This document shows positions 48,117 to 56,950 of a stretch of 64,000 bases of DNA, piece after piece. The position numbers and the translations under genes were made by a program. Origin of the DNA: an uncultured Bacilli bacterium (lineage in GTDB: Bacteria; Bacillota_I; Bacilli_A; RF39; UBA660); contig CAKOLB010000004.1 of assembly GCA_934096125.1 (NCBI GenBank), positions 55,117 through 119,116 on the forward strand, in the 5' to 3' direction. The first letter of the stretch is position 1; every line of letters begins with the position of its first letter. The notes below the pieces were generated by a model. It was not told where the DNA came from. It searched no databases and was given only the letters and a program-made list of their open reading frames with translations.

Positions 48117-48650
48117 TTAAAAGGGGGTGATAGCATAACAGAATCTATAAAAGATGGGTTTTGGATTATACCTGCAAAAGTAGGTATAGATGATGCACTC
48201 ACATTACAAGATAAATTACTATATGCTCAAATCTTATCATTAACAAGACAAGATGGATTCTGTTTTGCTACTAATTCTTATCTATCTAATTTAAATAATG
48301 TTACTCCAAAAACAATTTCTAACAGTATTTCTAATCTTAAAAAAAATAATTATATACGAGTTGAATATCACAAGGAAAAAATAAATAAAGATAAAAGAAA
48401 AATATTTGTAACTGATAAGGGGGTATGGAAAACAAATCCTGGGGATATAGAAAAAAATGTTAATACCGGTATGGAAGATAATTTCCAATATAATAATATA
48501 AAGAATAAAAAGATAAAAAAATATAATACCAATAATAATGTTCCTTGGTGGCTAGATAAAGAAATTAAAGAAAATCCTGCATCTCTAGAAGAACAAGCAG
48601 AGATGGAAGCACTACTAAGCGAATTTAAAAAAGATTGAAAAGGAGTTGGT
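48117..48650 (+). pseudogene. DnaD/phage-replisome-organiser-like winged-helix protein lacking a canonical start codon
   Basis: Open frame from 48117 translates to …ITESIKDGFWIIPAKVGIDDALTLQDKLLYAQILSLTRQDGFCFATNSYLSNLNNVTPKTISNSISNLKKNNYI… (replication-initiator N-terminal wHTH). A strong RBS AAGGGGGTGA is present, but there is no in-frame ATG/GTG/TTG until 48469. Confidence 0.35.
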
Positions 48651-48937
48651 TTTATAAATAAATACAAGACTAAATCATAAAATTTAATAAAAAGGAAAAG
48701 GGGGAATTATAAGAATGGAGGTAGTACTTAAGGCAAAACACACATTTAAAACTGATATATCAAACGAAGAATTATTTAGAGATAGATTTAACGAGATATT
48801 GTTAAAAGTTATATTGCATCTTGAGCAAAATTACCAAAGTAGTTAAAAAAATTATAAATAACTATCAAAAAGGGGTATAATATAAGTTGTAGTCGATTTA
48901 GTTCTGATAGTTATACACAGAATTGGAGGATATAACT

Positions 48938-50533
48938 ATGAGACTAAGAGTTGGTATTTATGGGAGGTTATCACAAGAGGATATAGATAAGATAAACAAA
49001 GAAGATGAAAGTGAAAGTATCCAAAATCAAAAAAGAATGTTATTAGAGTATGCTTTAAAAAATGATTGGGATGTAGTTGATATTTATATTGATGAAGATT
49101 ATTCAGGTGCTGGAGTTTATAGACCAGAGTTTGAGAGAATGCTAAAAGATTGTGAAAATGGAAAACTAGATATAGTTTTATGTAAGAGTCAATCAAGATT
49201 CTCGAGAGATATGGAAATAATTGAAAGATATATAAATAACAAATTTAAAGAATGGAATGTTAGATTTATTAGTTTAGTAGATAATATAGATACTGATAAT
49301 AAATCTAATAAGAAATCTATTCAAATATTAGGACTAACTAATGAATGGTATTTAGAAGATTTATCAGATAACATTAAAAGAACAATTAGGAATAAAAAAG
49401 AGTCTGGACAATTTACTGGTTCATTTGCTCCCTATGGTTATTTAAGAAGTGAAGAAGATAAACACAAATTAGTTATTGATCCTATTGCTTCAATCATTGT
49501 TAAAAAGATATTTGAAATGTATAAACAAGGTAATGGTTATACTAAAATAGCAACTTATTTGAATGATACTAATGTTCCTAGTCCTTATGAACACAAAAAA
49601 GCAAGTGGTAGTAAATTTGTATGTGGAAATGTTGGAAAGGAAAAATCATATTGGTATTCAGATACAATTGCTAAAATCTTAAAAGATGAAGTATATATTG
49701 GAAATCTAGTACAAGGAAAAACAAGGCATATAAGTTATAAAAATAAAAAATCAGTTCCTGTTCCTAAAGAAGATTGGATAATTGTTAAAAACACACACGA
49801 ACCTATAATAGATGAAGATACTTGGAATATAGTTTCTGCTAAATTTAAAGGTAGGACAAAGCCAAGTAAATCTGGGGAAATTCATATGTTTACTAAAAAG
49901 GTTTATTGTGATTGTTGCAAAAAAATATTTTATAATGGTTATTCTAAATCAGGAAATGGGAACAAGCATTATTATTTAACTTGTAAGTCTAGAAAATCAG
50001 GGGTGTTTTGTGAAAATAATCTATCTATTAGAGTAGATAAATTAAAAGACTTTATCCTTAATGAGATTAATGAATATATCAAAGTTTATCATAATTCTAA
50101 AGCTTTAAATGAGAAATACCAAAAATTAAATACTAAGAATAATAAAAATGAGATTCAAGAACAAATTAAAACTTTGGAAAAACAACAAACTGAATTAGAA
50201 AAATCACAAAGTAAAAAGAATTCTTATTTAAGAAAATTATATGAAGATAGAATAGAGGGTTTCATTACTGATGAGCAATACAAAGCTTTTAGTAAAGACT
50301 ATGATGATGAATTAAATGAATTGCAAAACAGAATTCAATTAATAAAAGATGAAATCACTCTCTTAAATCAAAGGCACAGTGATATGATTGATAGAGATAA
50401 AATATTTAATAAATATAAATCTATAAAGGAATTAGATAGAAGTATATTAGATGATTTTATAGAAAAAATATATATCGGTGCAGTAGATAAAGAAACGAAT
50501 GAACGAGAAATAAATATTGTATGGGCCATATAA
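48938..50533 (+). CDS. large serine recombinase (SpoIVCA/CisA/TndX-like) of element 1
   Basis: Resolvase catalytic domain (VGIYGRLSQED…SRFSRD with catalytic Ser), recombinase domain, Cys-rich zinc ribbon (CDCC…C…C) and C-terminal coiled coil. Ends 42 bp before amidase fragment B. Confidence 0.85.
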   Translation: MRLRVGIYGRLSQEDIDKINKEDESESIQNQKRMLLEYALKNDWDVVDIYIDEDYSGAGVYRPEFERMLKDCENGKLDIVLCKSQSRFSRDMEIIERYINNKFKEWNVRFISLVDNIDTDNKSNKKSIQILGLTNEWYLEDLSDNIKRTIRNKKESGQFTGSFAPYGYLRSEEDKHKLVIDPIASIIVKKIFEMYKQGNGYTKIATYLNDTNVPSPYEHKKASGSKFVCGNVGKEKSYWYSDTIAKILKDEVYIGNLVQGKTRHISYKNKKSVPVPKEDWIIVKNTHEPIIDEDTWNIVSAKFKGRTKPSKSGEIHMFTKKVYCDCCKKIFYNGYSKSGNGNKHYYLTCKSRKSGVFCENNLSIRVDKLKDFILNEINEYIKVYHNSKALNEKYQKLNTKNNKNEIQEQIKTLEKQQTELEKSQSKKNSYLRKLYEDRIEGFITDEQYKAFSKDYDDELNELQNRIQLIKDEITLLNQRHSDMIDRDKIFNKYKSIKELDRSILDDFIEKIYIGAVDKETNEREINIVWAI

Positions 50534-50575
50534 TTTAGTCCATACAGGACTTGTGTAGAATAAACATAACCTCCA

Positions 50576-50815
50576 CATGGTGGTGATGATCCGGGGACTA
50601 TTGCAAATGGAATAACTGAAAAAGATTATACTTTGAAGATAACAAATTATATTCACAACAGATTAGATGAACTTGGAGTGCCAAATAAATTATCGAGGAG
50701 TACTGATGAGACTTTAGATGCCAGTAGTAGGCCACAGAGAATACAAAGTCTTTATGGAAATGGGAGTGATGTGATTGTTGTGTCTAATCACATAAATGCA
50801 GGGGGACAGGACGCG
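50576..50815 (+). pseudogene. fragment B (about 80 codons) of the interrupted amidase gene
   Basis: Encodes HGGDDPGTIANGITEKDYTLKITNYIHNRLDELGVPNKLSRSTDETL…SDVIVVSNHINAGG(QDA*). This matches the Amidase_3 segment between the first Zn ligands (GHGG-DPGA-GNG-EK-TL-I) and the HxNxGGG motif. Same frame as the listed ORF 50633-50818. Confidence 0.7.
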
Positions 50816-50928
50816 TAATATGTGGTTAATCGTAGGCGCAGTGTATAACTTTAATAAGCTTCTTATTTTACTGTATATGATGGTATAATAGATATATCAA
50901 ATAACTTTAAAGATGAGAGGTGAAAAGA

Positions 50929-51840
50929 ATGTTATATATAACTGGTGATACTCATGGAGATTTTTATAGATTTGGTCATTTAGGATTAAATGAAGGTGAT
51001 ATTATGATTATCTTAGGGGATGTGGGTATTAATTATTACTTAGATGAATATGATAAAAAGTTAAAGGAAAGATTAAAAAGATATAATTTTAAATTTTTCT
51101 GTATTCAAGGTAATCATGAAAAAAGACCAGAAAATATTTCAAGTTACCACGAAGTGGAAATGTTTGGCGGTAAAGTATTTGTAGAAGATGAATATCCTAA
51201 TTTAGTATTTGCTAAAAATGGAGAACTTTATAATATTGATGACAAAAGTATTTTAGTAATAGGTGGAGCTTATTCTATTGATAAAGATTATAGAATAAGT
51301 AAAGGATATCCTTGGTTCAAAGATGAACAATTAACTGAGAAAGAGAGACTAAATATATTGGACGAGTATTCTGGTAAACATGTGGATATAATTTTATCTC
51401 ATACTTGTCCATTAAGATATGAACCTAAAGAAAGCTTTAAATTAAGTTTGCCACAGATTGCGATAGATAAATCTATGGAGTATTTTCTAAATGAAGTAGA
51501 GCAAAGAGTAGATTATGGTAAATGGTATTGTGGACATTATCATTTAGAAAAAATTGTGGACAAGTTAGAGTTTATGTTTGGAAGAATTAAAAGTGTTGAC
51601 ACAGGAGAATTTATTCCTAAATATGATTTCCATAATGGCTACAAAATAGTTAGAGATGTATGTAGTCAAAAAGATTATAAATATTGTCCTGAATGTAAAG
51701 GAGATAATATAATTATAGAAAAAGGTGAAGGACATAATATTAATGGTTTAGATTTTATTGCTATCATTTGTAATGATTGTAAAAAAGTTTATGGATTTAA
51801 TGATGTTAATTATAAACGTAATTGTCCTAAAGAATTGTAA
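50929..51840 (+). CDS. calcineurin-like metallophosphoesterase with C-terminal zinc-ribbon
   Basis: YITGDTHGD…GNHE MPP motifs. C-terminal CPECKGD…CNDCKK. Sigma-A-like -10 TATAAT upstream at about 50885. Confidence 0.6.
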   Translation: MLYITGDTHGDFYRFGHLGLNEGDIMIILGDVGINYYLDEYDKKLKERLKRYNFKFFCIQGNHEKRPENISSYHEVEMFGGKVFVEDEYPNLVFAKNGELYNIDDKSILVIGGAYSIDKDYRISKGYPWFKDEQLTEKERLNILDEYSGKHVDIILSHTCPLRYEPKESFKLSLPQIAIDKSMEYFLNEVEQRVDYGKWYCGHYHLEKIVDKLEFMFGRIKSVDTGEFIPKYDFHNGYKIVRDVCSQKDYKYCPECKGDNIIIEKGEGHNINGLDFIAIICNDCKKVYGFNDVNYKRNCPKEL

Positions 51841-51902
51841 CTGTGTTTACCAAATTTTAAAATTTATGCTATAATTAAGATGTAATAATTATTTGACTAA
51901 GT

Positions 51903-52550
51903 GTGGTGAGTAGTATGGAGTATAGAAAATATTCATTTAGACATGCAGAAGATATTTTTAAAAACGATAAGGATTTTACTTATTTATGGAATGAAATTTT
52001 GGAAGTGCTTGATAGTATAAGCGATGATGATTTAATTAATGAATTTAACATTGAAACTAGAAAAGCAAAAAGCATTTCCGAAGCAATTAATAAATTAATT
52101 GCAAAAAGGCTAAGTGAAAAAGGATGGCATGAACAAAGTTACATTTTTGCTGACCCTGATTATTCTGATAATAAAGGTACATGGAGATTAGATTTTGCAA
52201 AAGATAATATTGCAATTGAAGTTGCATTTAATCATGGAGGAAATGTATCTTGGAATTTAATTAAGCCAGTATTATCTAGTGAATTAAATCATGTTAAAAA
52301 GGCAATACAAACTCAAGCTGGCGTTGTCATAACAGCAACTGATGCTATGAAAAAAGCCGGTGGATTTGATAATGCTATCGGTACCTATGAAAAATATGTT
52401 GAATATCTAAAACCATTAAATAATTTGTTAACCACACCTATGATGATAATAGGATTAGAACCACCAAAAAAGTTTACTATTGAGCAGAAAAAAGAAGATG
52501 GTAAAATGGTTGGACATGTTAAATTAAAAGAAGAAGATAATAACTTTTAG
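51903..52550 (+). CDS. hypothetical protein with possible PD-(D/E)xK (BglII/BstYI-like?) motif
   Basis: WRLDFAKDNIAIEVAFNHGG gives a D-x8-E-x-(A) spacing reminiscent of type II REase catalytic cores. Very tentative. Confidence 0.3.
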   Translation: MVSSMEYRKYSFRHAEDIFKNDKDFTYLWNEILEVLDSISDDDLINEFNIETRKAKSISEAINKLIAKRLSEKGWHEQSYIFADPDYSDNKGTWRLDFAKDNIAIEVAFNHGGNVSWNLIKPVLSSELNHVKKAIQTQAGVVITATDAMKKAGGFDNAIGTYEKYVEYLKPLNNLLTTPMMIIGLEPPKKFTIEQKKEDGKMVGHVKLKEEDNNF

Positions 52551-52601
52551 ACTTACAATTTTGTGAGTCTTTTTATTTTGAAAAAGAAAGGATACGATAT
52601 T

Positions 52602-52895
52602 ATGAAAATAAAAACAAATAGAGAAGAGGGTTATGTAGTTATGGGTAACTATCATCTAAGAGATAAAAAATTAAGCTTAAAAGCAAAAGGACTATTATCT
52701 ATAATGTTGTCATTACCAGACACATGGTGTTATTCCACGCTAGGATTATCTAGTATTTGTGTTGAAAGCAGGGATACAGTTAGAAATATATTAAAAGAAT
52801 TAAAGGAAGCAAAATATTTAAAGGTAGTTGAAAATAGAGATGAAAATGGTAGATTTAATTATGAATATGTAATTTATGAAAAACCCTATATGTAA
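52602..52895 (+). CDS. RepA_N-like winged-HTH protein (firmicute plasmid/ICE-associated)
   Basis: YVVMGNYHLRDKKLSLKAKGLLSIMLSLPDTWCYSTLGLSSICVESRDTVRNILKELKEAKYL resembles the N-terminal domain of Firmicute RepA_N initiators. Confidence 0.4.
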   Translation: MKIKTNREEGYVVMGNYHLRDKKLSLKAKGLLSIMLSLPDTWCYSTLGLSSICVESRDTVRNILKELKEAKYLKVVENRDENGRFNYEYVIYEKPYM

Positions 52896-53069
52896 TAATC
52901 CATGGTATCATTACGGTTACATGGATTTCCGTATGCGGTTATTTATTCACAATAAATTATTTAGAAGTAATTAATAAAACAAATAGATAAAGTCGATAAA
53001 ACCTCTATCGATTCAAAAAAAGAGAAGGTTTTATAGTATAATTTCTCTTTTCATTGGTTAATTTAGCTA

Positions 53070-54467
53070 TTAAATAAATTCTTTTAATATATTTTCTAAG
53101 TATTTACTATTTAACCAAAAACAATGCTTTGTATATTCAGCTAATCCTGTTAACTTGTCTTTTACAGGTAATGGCAAAGTATCTTTTGAGTCTCTAGCAT
53201 GTGGTCTAACATGGCAAACTCCATTATCCCCGATTCCTGGAAAGTTAGTATTTCTTTTACCCATATTATCAATTGATTTAATAATATTTCCAGATAAAAT
53301 AATGTTTTTTGTATTATTCCACATATTTTTCACTTCATTTTCAAGTGTTAGTTCTGGCATGTTCCATAATTTTATACCACTAAAGATATAATCATTATCT
53401 TTCTTTTTAAATATAAAGAACATGTATTTTGTAGTTTCTAATTCTTCTTTTAACTTTGATTCTTCCCAATCAGTTGTTTTAAAATCCATATAATTGAAAT
53501 ATGGAAAAGGCATAGATTCTTTAATGTGTCCATTTTCTTCAACTCTGATTGTTCTTGGAACTATATTTGCTTTTTGGAATTCATCAGTATCACGAAGTCT
53601 AGATTTAACATTAAACATTCTAGCTATCAGTATTCCATTTAAATTTTTTGCATTAGAATCAATATTAAATTCATGCATTAATTGTTTTTGAGTTTTCCCC
53701 TGATATTTCTTGGTAACATTTTCAACAAATTCAGTAAATGATTCACCAGCATTTTTAATAACTTTTTCAACATCTTCATAATTTCCAATATATTTTCTAA
53801 CGAGTCCTGTCATATAAGAAGTTTTTAAACAAAATGCTCTTTGCTTTGCTTTAATTGATGAAAAAGGTTGTTCTCTAACGGATTTTTTATTTGCTCCTTT
53901 TGTACAAGCACCAAGATACATTGTATCTGCTTCTGATATCTCATGGGCTTTTCCTTGTTTAATTTTATTAATTATTGTTTCCCAATCCTTAATAATTATT
54001 GGTAAATCTTCTTTTGGAAATGTAAATAATAACTCGTGTGTTATTCTTAAATCATTTTTATTTTTGTGAGGTTCGTAAAAATACCAAATTATTTGAATTT
54101 TATTATTTTTAAACCAAAAATGACTAGAGTAAAATTCATTTTTATATTCATCCATATAATTAATTATGTTTAGAACAAGTCTTTCTTTAGCTGATAAAGT
54201 ATTGTCTTTGTTTTTCTTATACGGTGTAACTTTAAGTTCTATTCCCGCATCAATAAAGTCAGGCGCAGATATTGAATTAATGTTGTATCCATATACATTA
54301 GTTTCAAATAAATGACCAAAGAAAGCTTTATTAAACTTTTCATCATCTTTGTTATATTCATTGTTATAAATAGTTGTTACATTCATATTATTTAATTCTT
54401 TAAAAGTTTTTCCTAATGCACTTTTAGCTAAAATTTGAATTTCATCTTTTGTGTAACTTTTTGCCAT
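53070..54467 (-). CDS. Sau3AI/MutH-family type II restriction endonuclease (probable GATC specificity)
   Basis: MutH-like catalytic motif PDFIDAGIELKVTP (D…E-x-K) in the N-terminal domain. About 465-aa two-domain size like R.Sau3AI. Divergently paired with an m5C methyltransferase. Confidence 0.6.
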   Translation of the reverse strand: MAKSYTKDEIQILAKSALGKTFKELNNMNVTTIYNNEYNKDDEKFNKAFFGHLFETNVYGYNINSISAPDFIDAGIELKVTPYKKNKDNTLSAKERLVLNIINYMDEYKNEFYSSHFWFKNNKIQIIWYFYEPHKNKNDLRITHELLFTFPKEDLPIIIKDWETIINKIKQGKAHEISEADTMYLGACTKGANKKSVREQPFSSIKAKQRAFCLKTSYMTGLVRKYIGNYEDVEKVIKNAGESFTEFVENVTKKYQGKTQKQLMHEFNIDSNAKNLNGILIARMFNVKSRLRDTDEFQKANIVPRTIRVEENGHIKESMPFPYFNYMDFKTTDWEESKLKEELETTKYMFFIFKKKDNDYIFSGIKLWNMPELTLENEVKNMWNNTKNIILSGNIIKSIDNMGKRNTNFPGIGDNGVCHVRPHARDSKDTLPLPVKDKLTGLAEYTKHCFWLNSKYLENILKEFI

Positions 54468-54636
54468 AAAAATTTCCTTTCGATCTTGTTTTTATCTCAA
54501 AAATAATTTAAAATATATATATAGTGTTGATCTTTTTAAAATATTATTTTATAATTAATATGTAAGAAGTTGATCTTTTCGCTTAAATATATTATAATAT
54601 ATTTAAATATGTTTAACAATTATTAGGAGGCGTTTT

Positions 54637-55875
54637 ATGCAAAAAACAGTAGTAGAATTATTTGCCGGTGTTGGTGGATTTAGATGTGGATTAAATAATG
54701 TAAAATTAAAAGATAATAAAGTTATTGAAAAAGGTAATTGGAATTTTGTGTGGGCGAATCAATGGGAACCTTCTACTAAAACACAAGAGGCTTTTGAATG
54801 CTATTCAAAAAGATTTGGAAAGGATGATGTTAGTAATGTAGATATATTTCAAGTAAATAAAAAAGAGATACCTAATCATACTTTATTAGTTGGTGGTTTT
54901 CCATGTCAAGATTATTCTGTTGCACAGACACTATCTAATAGCAAAGGAATTGATGGAAAAAAAGGTGTTTTGTGGTGGGCAATTGCAGATATATTAAAAG
55001 TTAAGAAACCTCCATTTGTGTTTTTAGAAAATGTTGATCGCTTACTTCTTTCGCCAGCGAGTCAAAGAGGCAGAGATTTTGGAATAATTTTGAGAAGTTT
55101 TTATGAAAATGGATATGATTTAGAATGGCGAGTTATCAATGCGGGAGAATATGGATTTCAACAAAAACGTAGGAGAATTTATATAATTGCATATCACAAA
55201 TCAACTAAATATTGTAAGAAAATGAGAAAAATTGATAAGAAAAATATATTACTTAAGGAAGGTATTTTCATAAAACAGTTTCCTGTAAAAGAGAAAGAGT
55301 TTAACTCAAATGTATCAAGTATTTCAGAATATAAAGATTTAGTCGATGTTAGTGATAATTTTAAAAACCAATTTTATAATTCTGGAGTTATGATAAATGG
55401 TGAAATATATACTGCCAAATTAGAACATAATTGCGATAGTGTATATCAGTTAGGCAATTTAATAGAAACTAATAAGGTTGATGAAAAATATTTCCTTTCA
55501 AAAGATAGAATTGAGAAATTTAGAATATTAAAGGGAAGTAAAAGAATACCTAGAAAAAAGCCAAATGGAGATGATTACATTTATTCTGAAGGTTCAATGC
55601 CATTTCCTGATAATCTAAATGTTCCTGCTAGAACAATGCTGACTTCAGAAAGTGGAACTAGCAGAATGACACATGTTATAGAGGACTATAGAACTAAAAA
55701 ATTAAGATTTTTAACACCATTAGAGTGTGAAAGAATTAATGGATTTCCAGATAATTGGACAAATACTGGGATGAGTGATAAGAAACGATATTTCATGATG
55801 GGTAACGCTTTAGTAGTAAATGTTGTTGAAAAAATAGGGATTGAATTGGAAAAAATAGTAGAAATGGAAGAGTAA
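54637..55875 (+). CDS. DNA (cytosine-5)-methyltransferase
   Basis: Motif I FAGVGGF, motif IV GGFPCQDYS, motif VI ENV (VFLENVDRLL), C-terminal motif X region MMGNALVVNVV. 412 aa. Confidence 0.85.
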   Translation: MQKTVVELFAGVGGFRCGLNNVKLKDNKVIEKGNWNFVWANQWEPSTKTQEAFECYSKRFGKDDVSNVDIFQVNKKEIPNHTLLVGGFPCQDYSVAQTLSNSKGIDGKKGVLWWAIADILKVKKPPFVFLENVDRLLLSPASQRGRDFGIILRSFYENGYDLEWRVINAGEYGFQQKRRRIYIIAYHKSTKYCKKMRKIDKKNILLKEGIFIKQFPVKEKEFNSNVSSISEYKDLVDVSDNFKNQFYNSGVMINGEIYTAKLEHNCDSVYQLGNLIETNKVDEKYFLSKDRIEKFRILKGSKRIPRKKPNGDDYIYSEGSMPFPDNLNVPARTMLTSESGTSRMTHVIEDYRTKKLRFLTPLECERINGFPDNWTNTGMSDKKRYFMMGNALVVNVVEKIGIELEKIVEMEE

Positions 55876-55934
55876 ATGAAAAAATGTTAAAATTTGGTAA
55901 TTTATCTAAATAGTGTTATAATTTTATACAGAAG

Positions 55935-55975
55935 ATATGCAGTATTTGTCTTTTTAAGATGGATACTGCATTTTT
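55935..55975 (+). terminator. rho-independent terminator after methyltransferase gene
   Basis: ATGCAGTATttgtctttttaagatggATACTGCAttttttt: hairpin followed by a T-run. Confidence 0.6.
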
Positions 55976-55984
55976 TTGAAGTAG

Positions 55985-56950
55985 GTGGTAGTATTGGATT
56001 CACTTAATTATGAAGTTTTTAAAAAAATAAAGAAATATTATAATGATAATTGCAAACCTTTAATTTTTGTTGGAGAAAAATTATTATCGCAGAATAACAA
56101 ATGTAAAATGTATTTTTGTGATGTTGATTTAAATCAAGAAAAAGAAAATTATAGAAAAGTTTTTCAAGAATATTTGGCACTTTATGTTAGAAATCATGAT
56201 TTGCTAAAATATTATGATAAGATTATAAAAAGTGAAACAGAAGATGAAATTTCAGAAGCTTTAATTTATTATGGAAATGATTTGTGGAATAATACCGTAT
56301 TGATAACTACAACTACACCAGAGACTTTAGGGATATATGGAGAAGCCATTAATGATTTTTATTTAAATATTGTTAAGAATGAAAATATAATTATCACTTA
56401 TTCAGCAAAAAGGGGGTATGGTGAACGTAATATAAAAGGGGTAGATGTAGTTGCATGTACTTGGAAAAAAGATAATCTTGTACTAATATTTTCTGAGTGT
56501 AAATTTGTCGAATCAATATATAAGGCGTCGTGTGGTTTATATAATGATATAAAGGGAACTCAATATGAATTGGCACATATAAGTAAAGATTATATAAACG
56601 GATATTCTACTTATATTGTTGATAATGCTCATTCAATTTTTGCAGAGAGTAATAATTCAGATAAAATTATAGATGTTTTGGACAAATTGAATAGTAGGAT
56701 AATAAATGGAAACAAGGCGATAGATGTGTTTAATGAATTAAACATAAAAATTCAATTTAATTTCTTTGCAATTTACTGTGATAATAAATTTACACCAGAT
56801 GAAAGACAAATAATGTTTGAAAAAGTATATAATGCTTTTTATGAAAATGTAAAATTAACAGGTATTAAAAATTATGATATGGAAATTGTGTATATACCTA
56901 TTAAAAATACAAGCTCTGTGGTAAAGGAATGTATGAGACAATGGAATTGA
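55985..56950 (+). CDS. HamA-like (DUF1837-type) predicted PD-(D/E)xK nuclease, first gene of candidate Hachiman-like pair
   Basis: 321 aa. Putative nuclease motif GVDVV…(24 aa)…LIFSECKF (D…E-x-K). Translationally coupled (22-nt overlap) to a downstream SF2 helicase. Confidence 0.4.
   Translation: MVVLDSLNYEVFKKIKKYYNDNCKPLIFVGEKLLSQNNKCKMYFCDVDLNQEKENYRKVFQEYLALYVRNHDLLKYYDKIIKSETEDEISEALIYYGNDLWNNTVLITTTTPETLGIYGEAINDFYLNIVKNENIIITYSAKRGYGERNIKGVDVVACTWKKDNLVLIFSECKFVESIYKASCGLYNDIKGTQYELAHISKDYINGYSTYIVDNAHSIFAESNNSDKIIDVLDKLNSRIINGNKAIDVFNELNIKIQFNFFAIYCDNKFTPDERQIMFEKVYNAFYENVKLTGIKNYDMEIVYIPIKNTSSVVKECMRQWN

Larger units (their letters stand above)
42239..50575 (+). mobile_element. about 8.3-kb integrative mobilisable element (insertion 1 in the amidase gene) with terminal large serine recombinase
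   Basis: Bounded by amidase fragment A (ends ...GGACATGG|gagatac) and fragment B (starts ...ctccACATGG|TGGTGAT), which share an ACATGG core. Carries a MobV relaxase, a large ATPase, two XRE regulators, a Rep-like ORF and a serine recombinase at the right end. Confidence 0.65.

Noticed and set aside
48291-48667. Two minus-strand ORFs (65 and 99 aa) in the Rep-like region
   Set aside because: Poly-F/I/L translations of AT-rich DNA. The plus strand encodes a recognisable replication-initiator-like wHTH.
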